Source: Candidatus Latescibacterota bacterium (GTDB taxonomy: Bacteria; Latescibacterota; UBA2968; UBA8231). Taken from it: a DNA stretch of 64,000 bases. A program made the position numbers and the translations under genes. Of this stretch, positions 37,218-46,463 are shown in pieces; the stretch's first letter is position 1; each line of letters starts with the position of its first letter. Under the pieces are notes generated by a model. That model ran no database searches and was not told the DNA's origin. It saw nothing but the letters and a program-made list of their open reading frames with translations. Location of the stretch: contig CBDCSU010000006.1 in assembly GCA_965221775.1 (NCBI GenBank), forward strand, positions 1,472,001 through 1,536,000. The letters are read 5' to 3'.

Positions 37218-39032
37218 ATGCTCGGACCTTTCGCCCCCTACACGCGGCCGTACCGCCTGCGCATGGCCCTGGGCGTGGGGGCGATCTTCCTCTCCCAGGC
37301 GGCCAACGCCCGCATCCCCCTCGAGATCGGCGCCGCCTTCGACGACCTGGCCCTGCCGCCGGCGGCGGACATCCCGGGCCTGGTCGAGGAGCACCTGGTG
37401 CGCATCCTCGGCCTCTCCCTCCTGGTGGCGGCCGGCGCCTTCTCCATGCGCCGCCTCCTCGGCGTGGCCGCCACCTGGATCGAGTTCGACATCCGCACCG
37501 TCTACTTCGCGCACCTGCTGCGCCAGCCCCTCTCCTTCTACCAGGGGCACCGCACGGGCGACCTGATGGCGCGGGCCACCAACGACCTCCAGCAGATCCG
37601 GCTGTTCTTCGTGTACGGCCTGCGGGGCGTGGTGGAGACGGTGCTGATCTTCCTGTTCGCCATCGTCAATATGTGCCGCATCGACTGGGAGCTGACGCTG
37701 CTGGTGCTGGTCCCGGTGCCACTCATGAGCCTGTTCATCATCCGCATGGCCTCCCTCGTGCACTCCCGCTTCCGGGCGATCCAGGACTTCTTCGGCCACA
37801 TGAGCAACTTCGTGCAGGAGAACCTCACCGGGATCCGCCTGGTGAAGGCGTTCGACCAGGGAGGGGCCCAGGCGCGCGCCTTCGAGGGCCTCAACCAGCA
37901 GTACCTGGACCGCAACCAGCGGCTGATCCGGACGCGCGCCGTGTACCGCCCCCTCTCCTTCCTGATCGCCTCCCTGAGCCTGGGGATGAACCTGTGGCTG
38001 GGGGGGCGGGCGGTGACCGCGGGGGCCCTGAGCGTGGGCGATTTCGTCGCCATCAACGCCTACCTTACCATGCTGATCCGCCCCATCTCCCATCTGGGCT
38101 GGGTCGTCGACCGCTTCCAGCGGGCCCTGGTCGCCATCCGCCGCATCAACGAGGTGCTGGCGGTGGAGCCGGCGATCCGCGACCCCGCCGCTCCCGAGGC
38201 GGGGGGACCGGAGGCCGGGGCCGGGGCCGCCGGGGTGAGGGCCCGCGCCGGGCTGGCCGAGGGGCGGCGGCGGACGTCCTCGCGGGTGCGCGGAGAGCTG
38301 CGCTTCGAGGGCGTGGGCTTCGCCTACGACGGGCTGCCGGCGCTGCGGGGCATCGACCTCACCGTGCCGGCGGGCTCCACTCTCGGCATCGTCGGCCGCG
38401 TGGGCTCGGGCAAGACGACCCTGGCGCGGCTGATCCCGCGGCTGATCGAGCCGACGGAGGGGCGGGTCCTGCTCGACGGGGTGCCGCTGGCCGAGTGGCC
38501 TCTCGACGAGCTGCGCGAGGCGATGGGCTACGTGGCGCAGACGCCGTTCCTGTTCTCGGACACGGTGGGGGCCAACGTCGGCTACGCCGTGGAGGAGGCC
38601 GGCGAGGACGAGATCCGCGCCGCCGCCGGGGAGGCGGGCCTGCGCGAGGACGTGGAAGCCTTCGACGACGGCTTCGACACCGTCGTGGGCGAGCGCGGCA
38701 TCACCCTGTCGGGGGGGCAGAAGCAGCGCACCACCCTGGCCCGGGCGCTGCTGGCGAGACCGCGGATCCTGATCCTCGACGACTCCCTCTCCGCGGTGGA
38801 CACGCACACGGAGGAGGCGATCCTCGGGCACCTGCGGGGGATCATGGCCGGGCGCACGACGATCCTCATCGCCCACCGCATCTCCACCCTGAGGGACGCC
38901 GACCGCATCGTCGTCCTCGACGAGGGCCGCATCGCCGAGAGCGGCACCCACCGGGAGCTGGCCGCCTCCGGGGGGTTCTACGCCGAGCTGGCCCGCCGCC
39001 AGCAGCTGGCCGCCGAGCTGGAGCAGCTGTGA
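37218..39032 (+). CDS. Heterodimeric ABC exporter subunit (permease + NBD, degenerate Walker B)
   Basis: RTGDLMARATND, GRVGSGKT, LSGGQKQR, ILILDD. Confidence 0.9.
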   Translation: MLGPFAPYTRPYRLRMALGVGAIFLSQAANARIPLEIGAAFDDLALPPAADIPGLVEEHLVRILGLSLLVAAGAFSMRRLLGVAATWIEFDIRTVYFAHLLRQPLSFYQGHRTGDLMARATNDLQQIRLFFVYGLRGVVETVLIFLFAIVNMCRIDWELTLLVLVPVPLMSLFIIRMASLVHSRFRAIQDFFGHMSNFVQENLTGIRLVKAFDQGGAQARAFEGLNQQYLDRNQRLIRTRAVYRPLSFLIASLSLGMNLWLGGRAVTAGALSVGDFVAINAYLTMLIRPISHLGWVVDRFQRALVAIRRINEVLAVEPAIRDPAAPEAGGPEAGAGAAGVRARAGLAEGRRRTSSRVRGELRFEGVGFAYDGLPALRGIDLTVPAGSTLGIVGRVGSGKTTLARLIPRLIEPTEGRVLLDGVPLAEWPLDELREAMGYVAQTPFLFSDTVGANVGYAVEEAGEDEIRAAAGEAGLREDVEAFDDGFDTVVGERGITLSGGQKQRTTLARALLARPRILILDDSLSAVDTHTEEAILGHLRGIMAGRTTILIAHRISTLRDADRIVVLDEGRIAESGTHRELAASGGFYAELARRQQLAAELEQL

Positions 39033-40828
39033 GCCCGGCCCCCCTCTCCCGGGAAGAGGAGATCCAGGAGCGGCCCTTCAACCTGCGCCTGGCGGTGCGC
39101 CTGGTGGCCTGCCTGGGCCCCTACAAGCTGCGCGTCGCCGCCGCCCTGGTGCTGATCGTCGCCGCCGCCGCCTCCAGCCAGCTCGGCCCGTGGCTGACCC
39201 AGATCGGATTCGACGACTACATGCTGAAGGGGGACCTGGAGGGCCTCCACGTGATCGTCGCCCTCTACTTCGGTTCCCTCGCCGTGCAGTACGCCGCCCA
39301 GTACGGCCAGACGCGGGTCACGGAGATGACGGGGCAGCTGGTCATGCGCGACCTGCGGCGCCGGATCTTCGTCCATCTCCAGCGGCTGCCGATGCGCTAC
39401 TTCGACCGCACGCCGGTCGGCCGCACGATGACGCGCACCACCAACGACGTGGAGGCCCTCAACGAGTTCTTCACCGAGGGCGTGGTCTCGGTCTTCATCG
39501 ACCTGGCGACGCTGGCGGCGATCCTCGGCTTCATGGCGTTCATGGACCTGCGCCTGACCCTGGTCTCGTGCATCGTCATCCCGGTGGTGGCGGCAGCCAC
39601 CTTCTACCTGCAGGGCAAGGCGATGGGCGCCTACCGCGAGCTGCGGCTGCGGCTGGCGCGGCTCAACTCCTACCTGCAGGAGAACATCACCGGCATGGAG
39701 GTGGTGCAGCTCTTCAACCGCCAGCGGCGCAACCGCCGCGACTTCGACGGCGAGCACCTGCCCTACCGCCGCGCCGAGGACCGCGAGATCCTCTACTACG
39801 CCATTTTCTTCCCCTTCACCGAGTGGGTCTCCACGGTGGGTACGGCCCTGATCGTGTGGTACGGCGCCGGCGCGGTGCTGCAGGAGCGGATCGAGCCGGG
39901 GGTGCTGGTCGCCTTCCTCCAGTACATACGCCGGTTCTTCCGCCCCATCATGGACATCTCCGACCGCTACGCGCTGCTGCAGAGCGCCATGGCCTCGTCG
40001 GAGCGCATCTTCCTGCTGCTGGACACGCGGCCCGAGCCGGCCGGCGGCGGCGGCCTCCCGAAGGCGGGGGCCGAGGCGGAGACGCCGGCGATCGAGTTCG
40101 AGAGCGTGCGCTTCAAGTACGAGGAAGGGTCGGAGGACTGGATTTTGCGCGACGTCTCCTTTGCCGTGCCCGCCGGCCACAGCCTGGCCCTGGTGGGCGC
40201 CACCGGGTCGGGCAAGACGACGGTGGTCAACCTCCTGTGCCGGTTCTACGACGTGCAGGAGGGCTCGGTGAGGGTGGACGGGCTCGACGTGCGGGAGTGG
40301 GACGTGAACGCCCTGCGGCGGCGCATCGGCATCGTGCAGCAGGACGTCTTCCTGTTCTCCGGAGACATCGAGAGCAACATCCGCCTGGGGGACGGGGCGA
40401 TCCCGCCGGAGCAGGTGCGCAGGATGGCGCGCTACGTCAAGGCGGAGGCGTTCATCGAGCGCCTGCCGCGGGGCTACGGGCAGCCGGTGGCCGAGGGCGG
40501 CTCGAGCCTGTCGGCGGGGCAGCGCCAGCTGCTCTCCTTCGCCCGCTGCCTGGCCTTCGACCCGGCGATTCTCGTGCTCGACGAGGCCACGTCGAGCATC
40601 GACACCGAGACCGAGCAGCTGATCCAGGAAGCGGTGCAGCGGCTGATGCACGACCGCACGTCGGTGGTGATCGCCCACCGCCTGTCGACGATCCGCAGCG
40701 CCGACCAGATCCTGGTGCTGCACCGGGGGCAGGTGCGGGAGCGGGGGCGCCACGAGGAGCTGCTCGCCCGCAACGGCATCTACGCGCGGCTCTGCCGCCT
40801 GGACTACGGACGGGCGGCGGCCGGCTGA
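39029..40828 (+). CDS. Heterodimeric ABC exporter subunit (permease + NBD)
   Basis: GTG overlaps the upstream TGA; PVGRTMTRTTND, GATGSGKT, LSAGQRQL, LVLDEATS. Confidence 0.9.
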   Translation: MSPAPLSREEEIQERPFNLRLAVRLVACLGPYKLRVAAALVLIVAAAASSQLGPWLTQIGFDDYMLKGDLEGLHVIVALYFGSLAVQYAAQYGQTRVTEMTGQLVMRDLRRRIFVHLQRLPMRYFDRTPVGRTMTRTTNDVEALNEFFTEGVVSVFIDLATLAAILGFMAFMDLRLTLVSCIVIPVVAAATFYLQGKAMGAYRELRLRLARLNSYLQENITGMEVVQLFNRQRRNRRDFDGEHLPYRRAEDREILYYAIFFPFTEWVSTVGTALIVWYGAGAVLQERIEPGVLVAFLQYIRRFFRPIMDISDRYALLQSAMASSERIFLLLDTRPEPAGGGGLPKAGAEAETPAIEFESVRFKYEEGSEDWILRDVSFAVPAGHSLALVGATGSGKTTVVNLLCRFYDVQEGSVRVDGLDVREWDVNALRRRIGIVQQDVFLFSGDIESNIRLGDGAIPPEQVRRMARYVKAEAFIERLPRGYGQPVAEGGSSLSAGQRQLLSFARCLAFDPAILVLDEATSSIDTETEQLIQEAVQRLMHDRTSVVIAHRLSTIRSADQILVLHRGQVRERGRHEELLARNGIYARLCRLDYGRAAAG

Positions 40829-40841
40829 CCCGCGGGGCCCC

Positions 40842-40934
40842 TCAGTCGCCGGGCAGATCCTCCAGGACGGAGGGGGCGAAGAGCAGGATCCCCACCACGA
40901 GGCCGGCGATGACGCCGAGGAGGAAGCGGATCAC
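40842..40934 (-). CDS. 30-aa single-TM microprotein
   Basis: Manual translation MIRFLLGVIAGLVVGILLFAPSVLEDLPGD*; GTGA overlap with the upstream gene; host-like codons. Confidence 0.55.
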   Translation of the reverse strand: MIRFLLGVIAGLVVGILLFAPSVLEDLPGD

Positions 40935-41272
40935 GGGGCGCGCTCCGGGCTGCCGGCGGCGGCCTCGGCGGGATCCTTCGGGGCCGGGCGGGGGGACTGC
41001 ATGGCGGCGCGCAGCTCCTCCTCGCGGCGGCCGACCTCGTCGTGGAGGCCGTCGATCCGCTCCTTGAGGACCAGGAGGCCGTGATCGCCCTCCAGGGCGC
41101 CCTCGCTGAGGCGGCCGTAGACCTCCTCGCCGAGCTCGCGCAAGGCGGCGCGCAGGCGGCGGCGGGAGGCGGCCACGTCGGCGCGGGCGCGCAGGACCTG
41201 CGCGATGACGCGGCCGCGCTCGGCGACGCCGGCGAAGCGGTCCCGCAGGCCGTCAGCTAGCGGCTTCTTCAT
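40931..41272 (-). CDS. Coiled-coil hypothetical protein
   Basis: RLRAALRELGEEVY...RIDGLHDEVGRREEEL. Confidence 0.6.
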   Translation of the reverse strand: MKKPLADGLRDRFAGVAERGRVIAQVLRARADVAASRRRLRAALRELGEEVYGRLSEGALEGDHGLLVLKERIDGLHDEVGRREEELRAAMQSPRPAPKDPAEAAAGSPERAP

Positions 41273-41507
41273 CGGCACCGGCTTCTCCCGCGCTGCGGTG
41301 GACCATCAGGTCCTCGACCTTCTCGATGACGCCGTCGCGGGCCTCCCCGGCGCGGCGCAGGATGCGGCGGCGGGTGACCTCGCCCCGCCGCGGCGCCAGC
41401 AGCACCCCCAGGGCGGCCCCCACGATCAGCATGAGCAGGCAACTCACCAGGAAACCGGGCAGGGCGACGTCGTCGCGGGCGGGCCGGCTTCGGATGTAGT
41501 AGGGCAT
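41253..41507 (-). CDS. YtxH-domain protein
   Basis: AGGAGGAG RBS; IVGAALGVLLAPRRGEVTRRRI motif. Confidence 0.7.
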   Translation of the reverse strand: MPYYIRSRPARDDVALPGFLVSCLLMLIVGAALGVLLAPRRGEVTRRRILRRAGEARDGVIEKVEDLMVHRSAGEAGADEEAAS

Positions 41508-41645
41508 GTCACTCCTCCTGTGTTTCGGCTCTGAACCAAGCACTCGAAGGTACGGCTTCCTCTCCATTCGCGCCCTCATTCTCTGTTGAGGAAACCGGGC
41601 CCGCCGCCTAGATTCGACGGCCCCGCGCCGAAGGACGCCTCAGCC

Positions 41646-43127
41646 ATGAGCAAGGTTCTCGATCGACCGTCCCACAGCCTTCGCGAGTTCCGCATCCTGC
41701 CGGGGTACACGCCCCCCGACGGCAACGCCCTCAACGTCGATCTCACCACCCGCCTGTGCCGCAGCGGCGACGGCTTCCTGCGCCTGCACACGCCCTTCCT
41801 GAGCGCCGCCATGCAGGCGGTGACCGGCACCGAGATGGCGATCGCCATCGCCCAGCTCGGCGGCATTGGCATCCTGCCGGTGAGCCAGACGATCGAGGAG
41901 CAGTCCGAGAAGATCGGCCGCGTGAAGCGCTTCAAGGCCGGCTTCCAGACGAGCATCACCACGCTCTCGCCGCGGCAGACGATCGCCGACGTGATCCGCA
42001 TCATGGAGGAGACCGGCTACTCCACCTTCCCGGTGACCGACACCGGCGAGTTCCACGCCAGGCTCCTGGGGGTGATCACCGACAAGGACTTCGACGTGCG
42101 CCGCGACCACGCCCTCACCGTCGAGGAGCGCATGCGCACCGACGTGCAGTACGGCGTCGACATCTCCGACCTCAAGGAAGCCAACCGGCTGATGATCAAG
42201 TTCGGCCGCGGCTTCCTGCCCATCGTCGACGGCGGCGGCATCCTGCAGACGGCGGTCTTCAAGAAGGACCTCGACAAGCACCTGCAGCACCCCAACGAGT
42301 CGATCGACGCCCAGAAGCGCCTGCTGGTAGGGGCGGCGGTCTCCACCCATCCCGAGGACCGCGAGCGCGTCCAGTGCCTGGTGGAGCACGAGGTCGACGT
42401 CATCGTCGTCGACGCCTCCGACGGCCACACCCACTACCAGCGGCAGATGGTGGAGTGGATCAAGTCGACCTGCCGCGTGCCGGTGGTGGCCGGCAACGTG
42501 GTCACCGCCCGCGGCTTCGAGTTCCTCGCCGAGACCGGCGCCGACGGGGTGAAGGTCGGCATGGGCATCGCCTCGGGCTGCACCACCCAGGAGGTGAAGG
42601 CCACCGGCCGCGGCCAGGGATCGGCCCTGCTCGGCGTCTGCCCGGCCCGCGACCGCCACGCCGACGCCACGGGCGACTACCTGCCCCTCATCGCTGACGG
42701 CGGCATGGCGGGGCCGGCGGAGATGTCGGTGGCCCTGGCCCTCGGGGCCGACGCCCTCATGCTGGGCAACTTCTTCGCCCGCTACACCGAGTCGGCGGGG
42801 AACCTCATGCGCAACGCCGCCGGCGAGATCGTCAAGGAGTACTGGATGGAGGGCAGCGCCAAGGCCCGCAACCACCGGCGCTACGCCCAGTTGAAGGACC
42901 TGTTCTTCGAGGAGGGGATCACCGGGTACGTGCCCCATCTCGGCTCGATCTTCGAGAAGCTGCCCCTGGTGGTGCAGATCCTGCGCTCCACCCTGGCCAC
43001 CGCCGGCTGCCGGAGCATGGACGAGCTGCACGAGAAGGCGGTCCTGGAGATGCAGTCGGCCTCGGCCCTGCGCGACTCCGACATCCACGACATGGTGCCC
43101 TCCAACTTCGAGCAGCAGATCCTGTAA
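41646..43127 (+). CDS. guaB: IMP dehydrogenase family protein with CBS pair
   Basis: PFLSAAMQAVT, LLVGAAV, VVDASDGH, VVAGNVVT, KVGMGIASGCTT, IADGG, KEYWMEGS, EEGITG; upstream TTGAGG-17-TAGATT. Confidence 0.8.
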   Translation: MSKVLDRPSHSLREFRILPGYTPPDGNALNVDLTTRLCRSGDGFLRLHTPFLSAAMQAVTGTEMAIAIAQLGGIGILPVSQTIEEQSEKIGRVKRFKAGFQTSITTLSPRQTIADVIRIMEETGYSTFPVTDTGEFHARLLGVITDKDFDVRRDHALTVEERMRTDVQYGVDISDLKEANRLMIKFGRGFLPIVDGGGILQTAVFKKDLDKHLQHPNESIDAQKRLLVGAAVSTHPEDRERVQCLVEHEVDVIVVDASDGHTHYQRQMVEWIKSTCRVPVVAGNVVTARGFEFLAETGADGVKVGMGIASGCTTQEVKATGRGQGSALLGVCPARDRHADATGDYLPLIADGGMAGPAEMSVALALGADALMLGNFFARYTESAGNLMRNAAGEIVKEYWMEGSAKARNHRRYAQLKDLFFEEGITGYVPHLGSIFEKLPLVVQILRSTLATAGCRSMDELHEKAVLEMQSASALRDSDIHDMVPSNFEQQIL

Positions 43128-43137
43128 GCCGGCCTCC

Positions 43138-43974
43138 GTGCGGATCGGCTACTCCACGTGGGGCATGCCCGAGGTGGCGATCGACGGCGCCCTGAGGCAC
43201 CTCGCCGGCCTCGGCTTCACCGGCGTCGAGCCCACGGTCATCCCCGGCTGGTCAACGGAGCTGGACACCCTCGACGCCTCCGAGCGCAAGCGCATCCGCG
43301 CCCTCTTCGACGACCACGGCCTCGACATGCCGGCGGTGGCCGGCCACCGGTCGCTGCTGGCCGAGGGCGACGAGCACGACGAGAACTGGCGGCGCCTCAC
43401 CGGGGCCGTCGACCTGTGCGCCGAGTGGGCGCCGGCCTCGGGTCCGCCCCCCGCCCTCGACACCACCCTCGGCGCCCGCCCGGACGACTGGGAGCCGAAG
43501 CGCGATTTCATCCTCGACCGCGTGGGGCAGCTGGTCGACTACGGGGCCGCGGCCGGGGTCGTCATCGCCATCGAGCCACACGTGGGCTCCGCCCTCGACA
43601 CGCCCGAGCGGACGGTCTGGCTCCTGCGGCAGGTCGACTCGGAGTTCCTCAAGCTCAACTTCGACATCAGCCACTTCGAGGTCCTCGGTCTGCCCACGGA
43701 CCAGACCGTGGCCGCCCTGGCGCCGCACTCGGTCCACACCCACGTCAAGGACCAGCGCGGGCGCTCGCCGGCCCACGAGTTCCTGATCCCCGGCGAGGGG
43801 CCCTTCGACTTCGCCGCCTACCTGCGGGCGATGGAGGGCGCCGGCTACGAGGGCTACATCACCGCCGAGGTGAGCATGATGGTGCAGCGGCGGCCCGGGT
43901 ACGATCCCTTCGCCGCCGCCGATCTCACCTTCCGCACCCTGGACACGGCCTTCCGCGAGGCGGGCCTGTGCTGA
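43138..43974 (+). CDS. Sugar phosphate isomerase/epimerase (xylose-isomerase-like TIM barrel)
   Basis: IAIEPH, LNFDISHF, HTHVKD, PGEGPFDF, YITAEV. Confidence 0.85.
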   Translation: MRIGYSTWGMPEVAIDGALRHLAGLGFTGVEPTVIPGWSTELDTLDASERKRIRALFDDHGLDMPAVAGHRSLLAEGDEHDENWRRLTGAVDLCAEWAPASGPPPALDTTLGARPDDWEPKRDFILDRVGQLVDYGAAAGVVIAIEPHVGSALDTPERTVWLLRQVDSEFLKLNFDISHFEVLGLPTDQTVAALAPHSVHTHVKDQRGRSPAHEFLIPGEGPFDFAAYLRAMEGAGYEGYITAEVSMMVQRRPGYDPFAAADLTFRTLDTAFREAGLC

Positions 43975-43999
43975 CCGCCCCCACGGGCCAGGCCCTGCC

Positions 44000-44650
44000 A
44001 TGAGAGTCCTGATCACCGGCGCCGGGAGCGCTCCCGGCCGCGCCGTCACCGCCGAGCTGCGCCGGCGGCGGCACCGCCTGCGGCTGACCGACCGGCGGCG
44101 CCTGCGGACGGACCTGGAGTTCGTGCAGTCGCGGCTGGGCCACACCCGGGCCACCGACGCGCTGGTGGAAGGCATGAAGGCGGTGGTCCACATTCCCGGC
44201 CCGCCGGGCGCCGGGGCGGAGGCCGCCGACTGGATCGACGCCTGCACGCGGTGCACCTACAACCTGCTCACCGCCGCCGCGGCGGCCGGCGTCGAGCACT
44301 GCGTCTACCTGAGCACGCTGGACCTGTTCGCCGCGTACGACGAGGACCTGCGGGTGACGCCGGAGTGGCGGCCGCGGCCGACCACCGAGCCGGAGGTGAT
44401 GGCCCCCGGCCTCGGGGAGTTCGTGGCCCGCGAGTTCGCCCAGACGAAGCAGATCTCGCTCACCGTGGTGCGCCTGGGGCACCTGGCGGAGGCCGGCGCC
44501 GAGGGGGAGCCGGACCCCATGGGCGTGGACCCGGCCGAGGCTGGCGCCGCCGTGGCCTCCGCCGTGGAGGCCGCCGGCCAAGGCTACCGACTGCTGCACG
44601 TGCAGGGCGAGTTCGAGGGCGCCCGCTTCGGCACAAGGAGGTCGCGATGA
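44000..44650 (+). CDS. NAD-dependent epimerase/dehydratase-like protein (degenerate)
   Basis: MRVLITGAGS Rossmann start; TYNLLTAA; lacks a clear YxxxK. Confidence 0.7.
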   Translation: MRVLITGAGSAPGRAVTAELRRRRHRLRLTDRRRLRTDLEFVQSRLGHTRATDALVEGMKAVVHIPGPPGAGAEAADWIDACTRCTYNLLTAAAAAGVEHCVYLSTLDLFAAYDEDLRVTPEWRPRPTTEPEVMAPGLGEFVAREFAQTKQISLTVVRLGHLAEAGAEGEPDPMGVDPAEAGAAVASAVEAAGQGYRLLHVQGEFEGARFGTRRSR

Positions 44651-45393
44651 AGGTCTGTCTTCTCGGCGGCCACGGCTACCTCGGCCCCTGGGTGGTGAAG
44701 GAGCTGGAGGCCCACGGCTACGACCTGCGGATCACCGACCTCGAGCCGCCGCGCGGCTCCCCCCACGAGACGATGCGGGTGGACGTGGCCGACCTGCGGC
44801 AGGTGCGGCGCGCCGCCAGGGGCTGCGACGCCATCGTCAACTGCTCGGTGCTGCGCCCGCACCGCAAGATCGCCTGGGACGTCAACACCCTGGGCACGTA
44901 CAACGCCGTGCGCACCGCCGTCGACCTCGGCCACGACCGCTTCATCAACACGGGACCGCACTTCACCATCACCGGCGAGCCCTACCACGCCTTCGACTTC
45001 GGCATCGTCGAGGAGGTGCCCGCCCACTCCGGCACCAACCTCTACGCCATCAGCAAGGCCGCGGGACAGGAGGTCTGCCGCATCTTCAGCGACAACCACC
45101 CGATCCACGTGATGTGCATGCTCTTCCTCTCCTTCCGCGCCGCCGATCCGGACGATCCGGAGCGCGGCGGACGGGGCGATCTCAACCCCTTCACGGTGAC
45201 CTTCGCCGACGCGGCGCGGGCGATCCGCTGCGGCCTCGAGGTCGACACGGCCGGGCTGCCTTCGCGCAACGAGGTGTTCTTCGTCGTCGCCGACCTGCCC
45301 CACGGCAAGTACTCCAACGCCAAGGCCCGCCGCCTCCTCGGGTTCGAGCCCGAGGACTCGCTGGAGGCCTACTACCGGGAGAACCGCCCGTGA
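44647..45393 (+). CDS. Extended SDR / uronate-dehydrogenase-like oxidoreductase
   Basis: LLGGHGYLG, VNTLGTYN, YAISK; ATGA overlap. Confidence 0.8.
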   Translation: MKVCLLGGHGYLGPWVVKELEAHGYDLRITDLEPPRGSPHETMRVDVADLRQVRRAARGCDAIVNCSVLRPHRKIAWDVNTLGTYNAVRTAVDLGHDRFINTGPHFTITGEPYHAFDFGIVEEVPAHSGTNLYAISKAAGQEVCRIFSDNHPIHVMCMLFLSFRAADPDDPERGGRGDLNPFTVTFADAARAIRCGLEVDTAGLPSRNEVFFVVADLPHGKYSNAKARRLLGFEPEDSLEAYYRENRP

Positions 45394-46463
45394 CCGGCCA
45401 CGCCTTCGCCCAGGTCTTCGACGCGCCGGGGCGGCCCCTGCGCTACGAGCGCATCCCCCTGCCCTCGAGCCTGGAGGAAGGGGAAGCCCTGCTGACCGTC
45501 GATCTGGCGACGATCTGCGGCTCCGACCTGCACACCACCGGGGGCCGCAGGCGGCAGCCGACGCCGGCGGTGCTCGGCCACGAGGGGGTGGGCCGGGTGG
45601 CGGCCAGCGAGCGCGAAGGCCTGGAGGTGGGCGAGCGCGTGAGTTGGTCGATCGCCGACAGCTGCGGCGAGTGCCGGTTCTGCCGCGGCCACCAGCTGCC
45701 GGAGAAGTGCCTGCACCTGTTCAAGTACGGCCACGCCGACCTCGACGACGGCTGCGGCCTCAACGGCGCCTACGCCACGCATCTGCTACTGCGGCCCGGG
45801 ACGGCGGCGGTGCCGGTGCCGGAGGGGATCCCCGACGCGTTGGCGTCGACCGCCAACTGCGCCCTGTCCACCGCGGTCAACTGCGTGGAGCAGGTGCCGG
45901 AGGGGACGGCGTCGGCCCTGGTGCAGGGGGCCGGCCTCCTCGGCATCTACGCCTGCGCCCTGCTCCACGAGCGCGGCCTGCGCGTCTTCTGCAGCGATCC
46001 GCTGCCGGCGCGGCGGGACCTGGCCGCGCGCTTCGGCGCCGTCGGGCTGGACCCGGCCCTGGACCCGGGGCAGAGGCGCGAGCGGGTGCTGGAGGCGGCG
46101 CCGGACGGCGTCGACGCGGTCCTCGAGATGTCGGGGGAGACCCCGGCCGTGGCCGCCGGCATGGATCTTGTGCGCACCGGCGGCACCTACGTGCTGGCCG
46201 GCATGGTCCACCCCGACTCCGATCTGGCGGGGATCACGGGGGAGCGGATCGTCTTCAAGTGCCTGACCATGCGCGGGGTGCACAACTACTCGCCGCGGCA
46301 CCTGCGGCAGGGGATCGAGTTCCTGGCGCGCACGGCCGGGCGCTACCCCTTCGAGGATCTGTTGGGGCCGACCCTGCCGCTGCGCGACCTGGAGGAGGGC
46401 CTGGCCCTGAGCCGGCAGCGCCGCTGGCTGCGGGTCGCCGTCGCCCCGGGGCTGGAGGGGTGA
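45390..46463 (+). CDS. Zn-dependent alcohol dehydrogenase, phosphonate-catabolism-associated type
   Basis: ATICGSDLHT, VLGHEGVG, CGECRFC...EKC..LFKYGH, QGAGLLG, RGVHNY; coupled to phnA. Confidence 0.8.
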   Translation: MTGHAFAQVFDAPGRPLRYERIPLPSSLEEGEALLTVDLATICGSDLHTTGGRRRQPTPAVLGHEGVGRVAASEREGLEVGERVSWSIADSCGECRFCRGHQLPEKCLHLFKYGHADLDDGCGLNGAYATHLLLRPGTAAVPVPEGIPDALASTANCALSTAVNCVEQVPEGTASALVQGAGLLGIYACALLHERGLRVFCSDPLPARRDLAARFGAVGLDPALDPGQRRERVLEAAPDGVDAVLEMSGETPAVAAGMDLVRTGGTYVLAGMVHPDSDLAGITGERIVFKCLTMRGVHNYSPRHLRQGIEFLARTAGRYPFEDLLGPTLPLRDLEEGLALSRQRRWLRVAVAPGLEG

